From positions 152,582,001-152,646,000 of the forward strand of contig OX597815.1 of NCBI GenBank assembly GCA_951406725.2: 64,000 bases of DNA. Direction: 5' to 3'. The notes beneath the pieces are model-generated. The model worked only from the letters and a program-made list of their open reading frames with translations. It ran no database searches and was not told where the DNA came from. Position numbers and translations under genes: made by a program. Origin of the DNA: Octopus vulgaris. Its lineage: Eukaryota. Below are positions 13,635 through 26,667 of this stretch, one piece after another; position 1 is the first letter of the stretch, and every line of letters begins with the position of its first letter.

Positions 13635-16600
13635 ATATATTAGATATTATATTAATTATATTTAAATTATTTGTTATTTATGTATTGGTTTATGTCTATC
13701 ACTGTTTGAGTTGCCTAATAGTGATTTTATCTCTAATTCATATTTTATATATATATATATGAATGGATTATACTCTTTCATTACAACTATTTCATAAAGA
13801 GATTTTATTGCATGGAAACATCGTACATGTAGGTATGTATGTAGTGCAACTTGTATAAGATACTGCAAAACACAAAAGAGACCCTGTTAAACCTTCAGGT
13901 TCTACAATGTTGCATAAGTGCAAATATCGATGAGCCACTAAATAGTGTAGCCCAATAGCATGGGCTAATCAAATAAAGAAAACCAACAGTCCAAAACTGG
14001 AAAGAAGCTGGAATGTAACATGCTAACTGGAAAGGTAGGTAGGTCAATTAGGCTGTCAGAGAAAGTAGACATCACAGAAAAGGAGTGACCAGATGTATAA
14101 GGAATTATTGGACCAAATATTATTGATTAGAATAAAAAAATTCAAAGGCAAAGAATAGAGAAAGATAAGTAGCAATTCTTGTTTCAAAGTTTCAATGATC
14201 GTGGTGAAATCCTGTAGAATAAGTATATATTAACTACTTTCAGTGGCATCGAATCAGTTTTACTTCATTTTTTTAAGCATTCTGTAGACAGCATTTACAA
14301 AGGTACTATAGTGATATTAAGCTTCCATGAGCTTTCTCTTAGGTTATATTATTATAGTATATTCTCTATTTAGTTTTGTTACAGTAATGTAATACTATTT
14401 ATTGTGTTTCCTATTGGGAAATAGATTATTTTATTTGGCTTTTTTAGTAAGGGTGTATATAATGATTAAAACACCACTTATAACTTAAGTATTATCATTA
14501 TACACAAATCCGAACCACAGTATATAACGCCATAGAGAAATCTACTTATGGAACGCTAACGAATATTAGCGTTATGTATGTCATATTGCCAATTGCCACC
14601 AATTCGCGCCTTATTTCAAAATGGCTAAAATGGCTACTTGCTACAGTACAATTTATTCAGTTTCGTTGGCTTACTTAATTAGCTTAGTTTAAGGGATTTA
14701 GGGTTAAAATATAGGCTGCGCTATTTATTTTAAATAAACACTTAAATAACTATAATATTTATGGTTGTGATCAGCATAATAGAATAGCATTGCCAAAGAT
14801 AATATACAAGTGTTTTTAAGGAGATATTGCTAATTATTATAGAGAGGAAGTTACTCAGCGGAGATTACAAAAATACCATAGAAATTTAGCTGAGAGAAGA
14901 AAGAATAAATGATAAAAAAAGGATAAATGCCACAAAGAACAATGACAAAGGATTGGGATGATTAGCAATGTGTTATGCTCAAGGCAGGGAGCTGGCAGAA
15001 ACGTTAGCACGCCAGGCAAAATGCTTAGCGGTATTTTGTCTGCTGCTACATTCTAACTTCAAATTCCATCGAGGTCGATTTAGCCTTTCATCCTTTTGGG
15101 GTCAATTAAATAAGTACCAGGTACGCACTGGGGTCGATGTAATTGACTTAATTCCTTGTTTTTCTCCTCTATGTTTAGCACCTGTAGGCAATGAAGAAAT
15201 AAATGTGTGGTAGCAGCAGCAGCAGTAGTAGTAGTAGTTATTTATTAATTTCGATTTTCCTTTCACTTTCCTTTGTCAGATATACAACTCCTCACAGCCA
15301 GAAGATACAATGAAGATCTTCATTTCATTGCCAAGGAGTTTATTTCAACATCTGAAAAGTGAAGAACAGTCATCCATTTCCCGAATTTCTTTTTTCTTCA
15401 TTGAGGATGATAAACTATACAAGGTATGGAACAAACATGGGAAATTCTTCTTCAAACTGATTAAAGAATGCTTGAATTCATACTTTTTGATAATTGAGGA
15501 AACAATACTAATATAACACAACTACATGGTTCTGGGTTCAGTTCCACTGTGTGCTACCTTGGGCAAGTGTCTTCACCTACAGACACTTGTGAGTGGATTT
15601 GGTGGATGGAAACTGAAAAAAACAACCTATCATGTATGGGTATGTGTGTGTGCATGCATGTGCATGTAAGTGTGTGTGTGTGCACATGCACGTGTGTGTG
15701 TTGTATGTGTGTATGGGCATGCATGTGTATGTGTGTGTGCATGTGGCTGTGTTGTGTGTGCATGTGTGTGTGATGTGTATGTGCAGGTTGTATGTGTGCA
15801 TCCACGTGTGTGTGTTGTGTGTGTACAGGTTGTGTGTATGTGCATGCATGTATATAGGTGTGTGTGTGTGCATATGGGTGCACGTGTGTGTCCTGTGTGT
15901 GCACTGGCTGTATGTGTGTTGTGTGTGTTTTTTGTTAGGCCCAAAGCTTCAAAGGAACTCAGCCACTTTGTCTCCATGAGGCCCAACACTCAAAGGGAAC
16001 TCAGCCACTTAGCACTTGACCAAAAATTCTTCAAGGTTGTGCTGTGCCTGGCTGTGGACTAATGACTGAAACAAGCAAAAGACAAATGATAAAATGATGA
16101 AAGGTGTATATGTGTGTGTGTGTGTGTATGTGTGTTTGTGTGTGTGTATGTGTGTGTACGTGTACCATTTATAATGCATATACAAACTCAGAACAGCACT
16201 TGTCCCTCTTCTAAGGGACTTGGTGTGTTAGAAACACATCTCACTCAGAAGTGACATCAACAAATCAATTGATACCTGAATTTTGGTCTGTTTTGGACCC
16301 CACAGCAACAAATACCCCAGACATCCTTAGTTTATTCAGGATCTTTGCTCCAATATAAATATATCAACAAACAAAACATTCACTGATTTATTCAGGAGTT
16401 GGCTGGGTTTAAATTCAATCAATACATACACTTGAAACAGCTGTAGAGTAAAATAATTATATTTATAACATTTATGAATTAAATGCAAATGCAGAATAGG
16501 TCAAGTTATAATATTTTGTCATTAGGACCCTACGTTATAACACATCAAGTCCCTTAAGAGAAATTTCTTTGAGACACACATACATACACACATGCACACA

Positions 16601-19600
16601 TACACAAACACACTCACTTTTCCCCCGCACTCTCTTTCTTTCTTCCTCTCCCTCTCTCACACTCACACAGGCATACACACACACACATACACACACATGC
16701 ACATATAAAAACATGTAATGTCAACATTGTTTTAAGATTCATTTTTCCATGCTTGCAAAGGCTAGGCAGGATTCCTTGAGCCTGATTTCCAGTTGATAAC
16801 CCTCTCTTGTTTCAAACAAGATAGTCTTTCCTTGTGGCTAGACATGTCCTCGTGCAAAACTGGAAACAAAGAACACCACTTATATGACCATGATGTTTTA
16901 TCCCTAGCATATCAACTCTTCAAAACTATAAAGCTACCATTCCAGATTGTTTTAGAAAATATTCAAATCAATCATATTCACTGTGATCCAGATGACATTT
17001 CCAGTATGCCTAAAGCTACAAAGCTTTGTGAAATTAAACAAGAGAAGATCCTTGCTCTGAAAGTAAAAGGAATGAGTAACTGGAAGATTGCCGAGAAGAG
17101 AACACTAGTGGACAATTTTCTGAAGATCCTGATAGCTACTACAAGGTTCATGCTGGTGGACCTCCCAAGGCTATATCGGAAAAGGATGAAAGGCTCATTG
17201 TCAGAGTTGTGAAGATGTCATGCTGCTCTTCTGTTTTCAAAATCAAAACATCAGCCTTGATATCCACCATATGAAGAGTGATTTTGAACCGTGGTTTCCA
17301 CCCGTATAAGTGGTTAGGACATCCGTTATTGTCCCCTTCCCACGAAGCTGTTACACTGAAGTTTGCTAGGCCGCATCAGTGAGATGGTAAATGGACCAGG
17401 GTTCTGTTCTCTGGTGAGAAAAATGGAATTTGGACAGCGATGACGGTTATAAATATTACTGGGCAGGTAAATGTATTGGAGGAGATCTTATGATATGGGG
17501 AGAAATAGCTGCCACTGGGAAGCTGCCACTTGTCATCAAGGATGGCCATTTCAATGCTGTATGATACATCGATATGTTGGACGGAGCTGACATCAACAAA
17601 GAAGGAAGAAAGCTGTGTGGAGAAAACTTCATATTTCAAGAGGACAACGCTCCTATTCATAAAACAAAGGCAGCTCTAGATTTCCTTCATGCAATAGGGG
17701 TTGAAGTCATGACATGGCCAGCAAGAAGTCCTGACCTTAATCCGTTAGAGAATGCCTGGGGTTATCTCATGAACATTGTGTACAGTGAAGGCAAACAGTA
17801 TTCATCTGTTGGTGAACTCAAAATGACAATAAAGAAGGCCTGGAAAGATCTTTTACTGGTCTGCAGCAGAAGATGATTGAGAGCCTGAAATCACATGTTT
17901 TTAAAGTAATTCAGAAAGGTGACGGTCAGACACACAATTGTTGATGTATTGCATGAGAATATCATTGAAATATATCATAATTTCCCCATTTTGCATCATT
18001 TTTGCAACATTATTCAACCTGGCATTATAGTTTTGTACACAGGGTTTCTGACTTTGTATGTTTTTTTTAATTATTATCTTATTTGCTTTTGGATTTCAAT
18101 AAATTTAAAGACTGCAATGGCTTCTTCTAGTCCATTTCCTATTTAGAGGGGAATTTCATGAATTTGTGTTGTGTATTTTGCCAGAAAGAAAAAAGGACTG
18201 TGTTCTGGCTTTATAGCTTTGAACAGCAGTTTACCACAACACAGATGTTTCATACTTTAAAAATGCATTGAACTCTTCTATTGGATAAATTAGTTTATTT
18301 GATGACTTCTCTTTACAGGTGATACAAACATCTTCTACCAAAGAATATAACAAAAGTACCAGTCATATTATTTCTGCAAATATTCCTAACATTCAGATAA
18401 CTAACCTCAATGAACCAGTAACCGTGTTGTTCAATTCAGTATATCAGGTAACGGCTAAGTATTATATTTGTAATAGCTGTTGTTTGTGTTGTTGTAAATG
18501 TTGTCAATGTTTTATTTGAAGGCTCTCTCTGATTCCTCCCAAATAAAATACGGACCATGGCAGCAGCAGAAGCATAAATGCATTAATATTTGCAGTGATT
18601 AAGGCAGTGAGCTGGCAGAAACATTAGCATGCCGGGCAAAATGCTTAGTGGTATTTCGTTGAGGTCAACTTTGCTTTTCATCCTTTCAGGGTCGATAAAT
18701 TAAGTACCAGTTGCATACTGGGGTTGATCTAATCAACTGGCCCCCTCCACACAAATTTCGGGCCTTGTGCCTAAAAGTAAAAAAGAATATTTGTTGTGGT
18801 TAAGGCAGCAAGCTGGCAGAAACATTAGCACACTGGGCGAAATGCTTAGTAGTATTTCGTCTGTCTTTACATTCCAAGTTCAAATTCCGCCAAGGTCGAT
18901 TTTGTCTATCAGGGTCGATAAATTAGGTACTAGATGCATAATGGGGTCGATCTAACTGACTGCCCCACACCCCAAAATTTTGGGCCTTTTGCCTAGAGTA
19001 GAAAAAAGAAATTTTGCTTTGAATCTAATTGACTTTTGCATTCAGTATCATCCGTGCTCTGATCCCTGATATACATATGTAGTCTCTGTTAAACAAGTTA
19101 CAATTCACATATCTAGAGTTCCAGAAACATCATTTTCACATAGTTGAGGGATATACTCCACCCACATTTCCATATATACGAGAGGGTGCTGAAAAAGTTC
19201 ATAGTATTCACGTAAGCGCGCATGTTCATACCTACACATGCACACCCACGTGCATGCGCCTAAAAGTATATATATATATATAAATGTAATATTTGACAAT
19301 TATTCGGTAGCCATGATAAAACTCTGAGTTTTGGATGTTGGGGGGAAATCCACTCCGCCATCTCTTCAGTTATTCGGCCATCAGAAAATATGTTCTGTAA
19401 TTTTCTCCTAAAGTTTCTTAGAGTATAGTTCCCTTGATGGTATAGGTATGTTTTTCATAGAATAATCGATGTAGTAGGCGTCCAAATTGAATTTTTCTGC
19501 AGGGCAGTGTCCTCAACTGATGTCTGACAATTTTCCAAAATAAACTGTATTAGCCCTTAGGGAAAAACAGCAGTGCACATATATATGTATATATATATGT

Positions 19601-22600
19601 ATGTATGTATGTGTGTGTGTATGTATGTATGTATGTATGTATAATTTAGGAAATTACTTGTTACAGCTATAATATATACACTTTTCACTTACGTTGGGTA
19701 AGTGTCTTCTACTGTAGCCTTGGGCCGACCAAAGCCTTGTGAGTGGATTTGGTAGACAGAAACTAAAAGAAGCCCTTCGTATATATGTATATATATATGT
19801 ATTTATGTATGCGTGTGTATATGTTTGTGTGTCTGTGTTTGTCCCCCCAACATCGCTTGACAACCAATGCTGTTGTGTTTACGTCCTCATAACTTAGCGG
19901 TTCGGCAAAAGAGACCGATAGAATAAGTACTTGGCTTACAAAAAATACGTCCTAAGGTCGATTTGCTCGAATAAAGGTGGTGCTCCGGCATGGCCACAGT
20001 CAAATGACTGAAACAAGTAAAAGAGTAAATCTATAAATGAGATGGAATGGTCTGCTAAACTGTCCTAGCCTGTGATATGGGAATTACAATGTTAATAATA
20101 ACCAAATACAAATGACAATGATGTTTTCTATGTCAAATAGGTAGACATAATAATAAACATGTATTCTAATTACAAAGCAAGTTGATTAAATAAATTATCA
20201 GAATTTTAATTTTTTCTATTTTTTCAGAACCAACAGTGTGCTTATTGGGATGAATCCTCTGATCAGAAACCCCGTTGGTCAACAAATGGCTGTAAAACAT
20301 CCAACTATGTGCCTGGAGAGAAAGTAGTTTGTTCCTGTAACCACCTTACAAGTTTTACTCTACTGGTTGGTAACAATATGACAAGTCATAATTACCAGTA
20401 ATTCAGCAGTTACGTTTATGTATCAATAATTTTAATGAGTTGTATATACTAACACACCTACTGGACTTTATGTTGGTTGGTATTATAGAAATATTAATAG
20501 TGATTATTGTATTGTTATCCTTAAATTTTCGATTGAAATGAGAGTTGCATTTGTGATATATAATGATTTTTAGATATATGAGATTACAATATTTAAAAAT
20601 TGATTATAGGGGGATGAGAGAATTTTGCTTTTTTTTTTTTGTTATGATAATATATCAAGAGTTTCAATTTTATTAGGGTTGATAAATGGTAAGACAGCAC
20701 TGTTCTTGTTGCTATTTCTGTTATTAGTTTAAATTCAGGATGGTACCTTTTAGAGGTATCAAACTACCATTTTCAATGAAATGCATAGGAATTCCTCCAG
20801 CATTGATATGAATTGGAGGGAGGCAGAATCATTTCTCCTGGTTTTGAAATTTATTGTGTTGTCTAACTAACAGAGTCATATTTAAGGTATAACAAACCTC
20901 CATAGCACATTAAACATGATCGTTGATCAGATGTTAAACCCTTGGCCTCTTCATGATTCCTCTCCAAGATCTCATTCATTGGATTTCTCTGCCTGAGACT
21001 TTCATGTCAATAATGGACATGTATCTAATACCTGTCATTTACACAACATTTCTGCTACTTACAACAATAAAACATAATCCTGTCTAGAGTATCTAGTTGC
21101 CTAATAGTTGAACTAACTCAACATGTTCACTCCATACCAGTTCTACTATCACTTGATATGAGAAGGACGGAGATCAAATAGTCAGGTCACTGACGTTGTT
21201 CCTATTATTGTCAGCACTGCCAGGAACATTACTGAATCAGTTCATCTGGTGTCTTTCTTATTGTTTTCATCTCTGTTAGTTTTGTTACCAAAGTAATTTT
21301 AATTTATATTTCTTTCTATCTCAACATTCATTGATCATATATTGACCCAAAATTAGATAAACAATCTCTCAATAAGTCTGTCATTCATATCCTGTCAATG
21401 ACTGACAATCTATAATATCCATGGTTAAAGCCTCTCTGAAGTAGACAAGTCTCCCCAGTATGTATTAAAAATACTGCCCTGTGTGAAAAAAAGATGGATA
21501 AATAACATTAAAAAGGTATGAGGATTTCAAGAATTAGCTTCCATTTCCTGGTGTTAAGTGGATGGGAAAGAAATAATTACTTTCTACATAAAACATCAGT
21601 CTGTCTCAGTTAAGAGATGGTTTAAGTGAAGTAGCTCTTGAATTAACTCTACCAGTAAAATACACAAAGACATATCTTCATTGAATTTGAGCCAAAGATC
21701 TATGGATTGGTGGTACATTCTGCCTCTAATTAGATGTCTTATATATCAGGTTGAGTAAAAAGTATACAATGTTTTAAAACATAAAACTCATCACAATATT
21801 TTTCAACAATGAGGAAATTTTGTTCATCAAAATAAGTACCATTGAAATCAACACATTTTTGCCAATGAGTTACAAGTTTGTTTCTTCTGCTAACATAAAA
21901 ATCTGGAGTTCTGGAGCTGATGGACTCTTTGAATGCACTTTCGGCATTGGTTTGATTTTTGAACTCCTTCTCTCGCAGGAAACCATCAAGGTGCTTAAAA
22001 AAGTGGTAGTCTGCAGGAGAAAAATCTGGGGAATAAGCTGGGTGGGGAAGAACTTTGTAGCCAAGTTCCCTCAACTTCTGGAGCATCATTAGTGAAACAT
22101 GTGGTCAAGCATTGTCATGAAGAATGATTGGCCCGTTTCTGTTGACCAATCTGTGATGGAGGAATAGCAGTTTTTCCTTTTGGCAATTTCGTGGCAATAT
22201 GTTTCTGCAGTAATGGTTTTGCTGGGTTATAAGAAGTTATAGTGGATGAGTCCAGCAGTACACCACCAAACAATCATCATTACCTTCTTTTTGAAGAGCT
22301 TGGGTTTAGGGAAGGTCTTTGGTGCTTCATTTTGCTCCAGCAACTGCAAAGAACATTTTTTTATCTGCTCTACGTCCTTTTTTGAAGTTGAATAGCAAAA
22401 TTGCTCGAATATCACTCTTTGACAGTTCCATTTCAGATGATTATGACAACATTGAAAAAAAATATCAATGTTAATTTATTGATGCATTTGGGCAAGTCTA
22501 TGTCTGTATTATCAGACAATTGCAAGAAAATGTTTTCAAAAAATTCAAAATTCTGCCAAAATCCGGTACAAATTCTTCATGGTTCAACATTTTATTCAAC

Positions 22601-23243
22601 CTGATATACATTATGAAGGCAGTGAAAATTCATATTAGAGTTGTGTAACACATAATAGAAGAAAGCCCAATAATACATTGTTTCTAATGCAGTTTACTGT
22701 AGTCCTCGTTTTCTACATCAGTGCTATATCCATTTATAATTTATATTGATTGACACAGAGGAAATGAAGTGGAGGGTGAGTTAATATGTTGTTGTTTGTG
22801 TCTGTTTCAGGATGCCTCCGAGCAACACTTATTTGTTTTGTCTCACATTAGCTGTGGAATATCATTAGTCTTACACATTCTTACAGCAATCTTTTATGGT
22901 TGTATCAAGTAAGCATTTCAATTTCCATTTCCTTTTAAAAACTGTTTAAATACTGAGAGACAGCATCCATCACTTTGTCGGGTTCTCACAGGCTGGTAAG
23001 ATCAATGTGGGGTTGATGTCTACAGGAAAAACCATGAATGAACGGACAATTTCGAAATGTCACTCTGATGAGGATTGACTGGACAAAAACGGTAGTGTAG
23101 ATTTTTTGAGTGACTCACAATAAGGATGACATAAAAAAGAGAGAGGTTTAGGGATGAGGGAAATCTATCATGTGTGTTTAGTCTATAGCTTGTTAATTCA
23201 GAAAATTACAGACCAATGAGTAGTGACGGTAATGACTCTGTCT

Positions 23244-23281
<38 letters not shown>

Positions 23282-24670
23282 GTATTGATATTTACTATTT
23301 TTATGCAGTATAATGGTAAGCAAGTTGCTATAGTGTGTTGGTGAGTTAAGCTTGATACCATTCTTCCAGATCAACTTCTTTTTGAGTGTGGTCTACAATA
23401 TATGTGTGTGTGGTGTATGTGTGTGTAGATAGAGGCAACACCCTTGCATAGATGTGAGCAGTACTCTATTTTGAAACTGACTTGAGATTTGTAGAATGTC
23501 AGCATTTGCTTAAAGTTAGTCAGTATCACCTGACCCTAAACAGTAATCTAAGTCTTCCTGGCATAGTGTTAGCAATGGTCTATACATACATACATATACA
23601 TACATACATATATACATACATACTTACATACATACCTGTAATTATTGGGACCTTGGGATATGTAACACACTGCCTAAATACCAATCTTGAGAAATTAGGC
23701 TTCTCAAAACCAGAAAAGAGAAAACTAATATGTGGACAACGGATCCAATCCATCACTGAAACTGTAAAAAATCTGTATAACTTTACAAAACTCTATCATT
23801 TAAATATATATGAGCATGTCTAGAGATGCAACTATATGCATGAAAATGCATACATGAAGCAAAACATACAAATTTGCATCACTAGTCTGGAATCCCTATC
23901 TTGCTAAGGATATTGACTCCCTGGAAACTGTTCAGAGATGTGGAACCAAGTAAATACCTTCCATCAGGTATCTACCATATTCTGTATACCTGGGCATAAA
24001 TAATTTGAAGTTCTGATGTCTGGCAACTGACTTAGTAAACACCCACAAAATTACTAACCATCGTGCCAACAACCTCCTTGAGCACCCTTTTGAGCTCCAT
24101 GTGTCTAACACATGTGGGCATGTCTATAAAGTCAGAAAACAGCACTGCTCCCATGACTTTCGGAAACATTTTTTCACACTCAGAGTTGCTGAAGCATGGA
24201 ATAAACTACCTGCATCAGTTGTTAGCTGCCGAGACAGTTCATTCTTTAAAACCTCCATGCTTCCTGAAATTCACCAACACTACACCTGATAATGCAGTTC
24301 TATATTTAAGAGATGAGAAATTATATACAATATTTACACTATTTACATTTGACGGATATTTGTCCTCATCTTGTTTGTTGTTAACGCAAACAAGATGAGG
24401 ACACTAACCAAAATGTAGTGTTAACGTTTCGGCTGGTATACTCTCCAGCCTTTATCAGATGTCTTGGGGAAAAGTTCTCATTCCTAAGGTATTTTTTAAT
24501 GTTTTTATTCAGGTCACTACCTAGAATCGAACTTGGAATCTTGGGGTTAGTAGCCTGCACTCTTAACCACTACATCATATGCCCATGGGCATAGTGATTA
24601 AGAGCACAGGCTACTAGCCCCAAGATTCCGAGTTCAATTCCAGGCAGTGAACTGAATAATAATGATGATG

Positions 24671-24719
<49 letters not shown>

Positions 24720-26585
24720 CAACATCGAAAAATATCTTAGAAATTAGAACTTTTCCCCAAGACACCTGTTGAAGACTGGAGGGTATATCAGCTGAAACAT
24801 TGTGTTAATAACAAACAAGATAAGAACAAATATCTGTAAAATGTAAGTAGTGTAAATAATGTACTACACCTGATATCCCCTGCTCTATATGCATGCACAC
24901 AAGTCGGGGTTCTGAAAAGCAAAACTATATTGTTTCTTGGGAAAGGAGTCCATCACCCTGAACATATCATCCTCTATTATGACCTCTGCAGTTACCTGCG
25001 GAGGCCAATCCAGATCTTCAGTCCAGTACTGGATCCCCTCCCTGCGGCCCTCTAGCTTCTTCGCAAAACTCTGTACAGCCCCACCCTTATGAAAGAAGAT
25101 CAGAAAATCCTCCTTCATCATAATGGGAGGGGCCATTGTTTCTTCCGTTGGCACAATTCCCACCGAAGAGGTTTCAGGACATGCTGGCAGTGTACTACTA
25201 ACTGCTGACAATGTCCCATTCTTCATCTTCTTTTTTTCTCCCTTGTGCTACAAGAGGGTGTAGTTCCTCTGCTCTATCCAGAGGATCTTTCCTCCCTCCT
25301 GCAGCCTTGGGGTCCTTCAGTAGGCAACCATTGTTGCCCACCTTCTTCCTTTTTCCCTTTTTTTCGGGGAAGTGGAGACCTCCTTATATGCCTCCACGTT
25401 TCCCTTCAAAGGAGGAGGGGTTGCTACTTTTATTAACTGCTCCAGGACCCTACTTTAGTCTTGGGGACAGTTCTTAATATGGCCCGGTTCCAGGCACAGG
25501 TGACACTTGGTGGGGGGCGTCCCACAAGTATTACTGGGTACCTGCAACCAGCCATTTAAAAAAATCTGGAAATACCAGATCTTTAGCGGCTGATTTGGTC
25601 CATAGGATCAAAAGCGGTTTTAACCCCACCCAATCAGCTGCCAGTAACAATTTCATATTTACAAGCTAGGGCCCGCTGCCACCCAGACCACAGCAGATAG
25701 TGTTCACTATCCATTCCGAGTCAATGCCCAGTGGCAGCCCACAGACCCAATCTCTTGTTAATTTCTTTTGCCCTTCTAAGGGCTGGTTCGCAAATTTACC
25801 AGCCACCTCAGGGGTGTCAAATAGCAACCACACCGTTGCATATCTAACACCCCTGGAAATAAACTTAATAGTTGGCAGATGTTCTGACAACTCTTTTTCT
25901 ATTTCTCTCTTAGTGATGGTCCTCAACACCACCATTCTTTCCTCTAAGTCTTTTAACCATTGCTTGGGTGGAATGATTTCCCACCCCAACACAGTGTTCA
26001 TTTTCTTCGCCTTTGAAGAAAAAGTTCAGGAAACATTTCAAAACAAAAGTCCAAACAAAATCAAAAAGTATTTTCAAGGAAGACAAAGAAGAGAAAAGAA
26101 AGAAGGAAGACAGTTCAAAACACAGCAACACACAATTCCGGCCAACTGGTACTCCTGGCCAAAAGGTACTCCAGAAGGGAACAGGGACACAGCAGCAGGA
26201 ACACAGCTTCAAAAAAATCGCCACAAACTGGTAAAAATTCAGAAATTTTTCCAAAAAAATTTCAATTTTTGGAGGTGGGATATGCTCCCAAAACAACACA
26301 ATTAAGTGAGACAGTGCAACTATAGGCAGACAAATGCCCCGGAATGCAAAAACTTCTATTAAAAAGTAATAATCAATATTAGTTAATTGCTGTTGATCAA
26401 TATTTCTCCATTTTCTGCTGCATTTAAATTTAATTCCTGATAAACTTATTTTTTGTCATTGCTTGTATCCTATAAGCGTAATATGTTTGCATATGTATGC
26501 CCTGGGTTAACATAGGTAATTTATACCTGTAGTTAAATAGATATTCTTATCCCTTAGATAGTTATTCCAACCGCTAACTCTACTA

Positions 26586-26667
<82 letters not shown>

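Noticed and set aside
15549-16062. Overlapping C/V/M- or H/T-rich ORFs
   Set aside because: Translations of (TG)n microsatellite; the same applies to ORFs at 33705-34046, 34743-35359 and 36826-37158.
23058-23098. cact-CTGATGA...AAAAAC-ggtagtg hammerhead-like string
   Set aside because: No GAAA and no convincing stem II; single copy, could be chance.
24510-24655. Functional tRNA genes
   Set aside because: Heads are mutated or partly deleted and embedded in a dispersed palindromic repeat; treated as tRNA-derived SINE-like heads.
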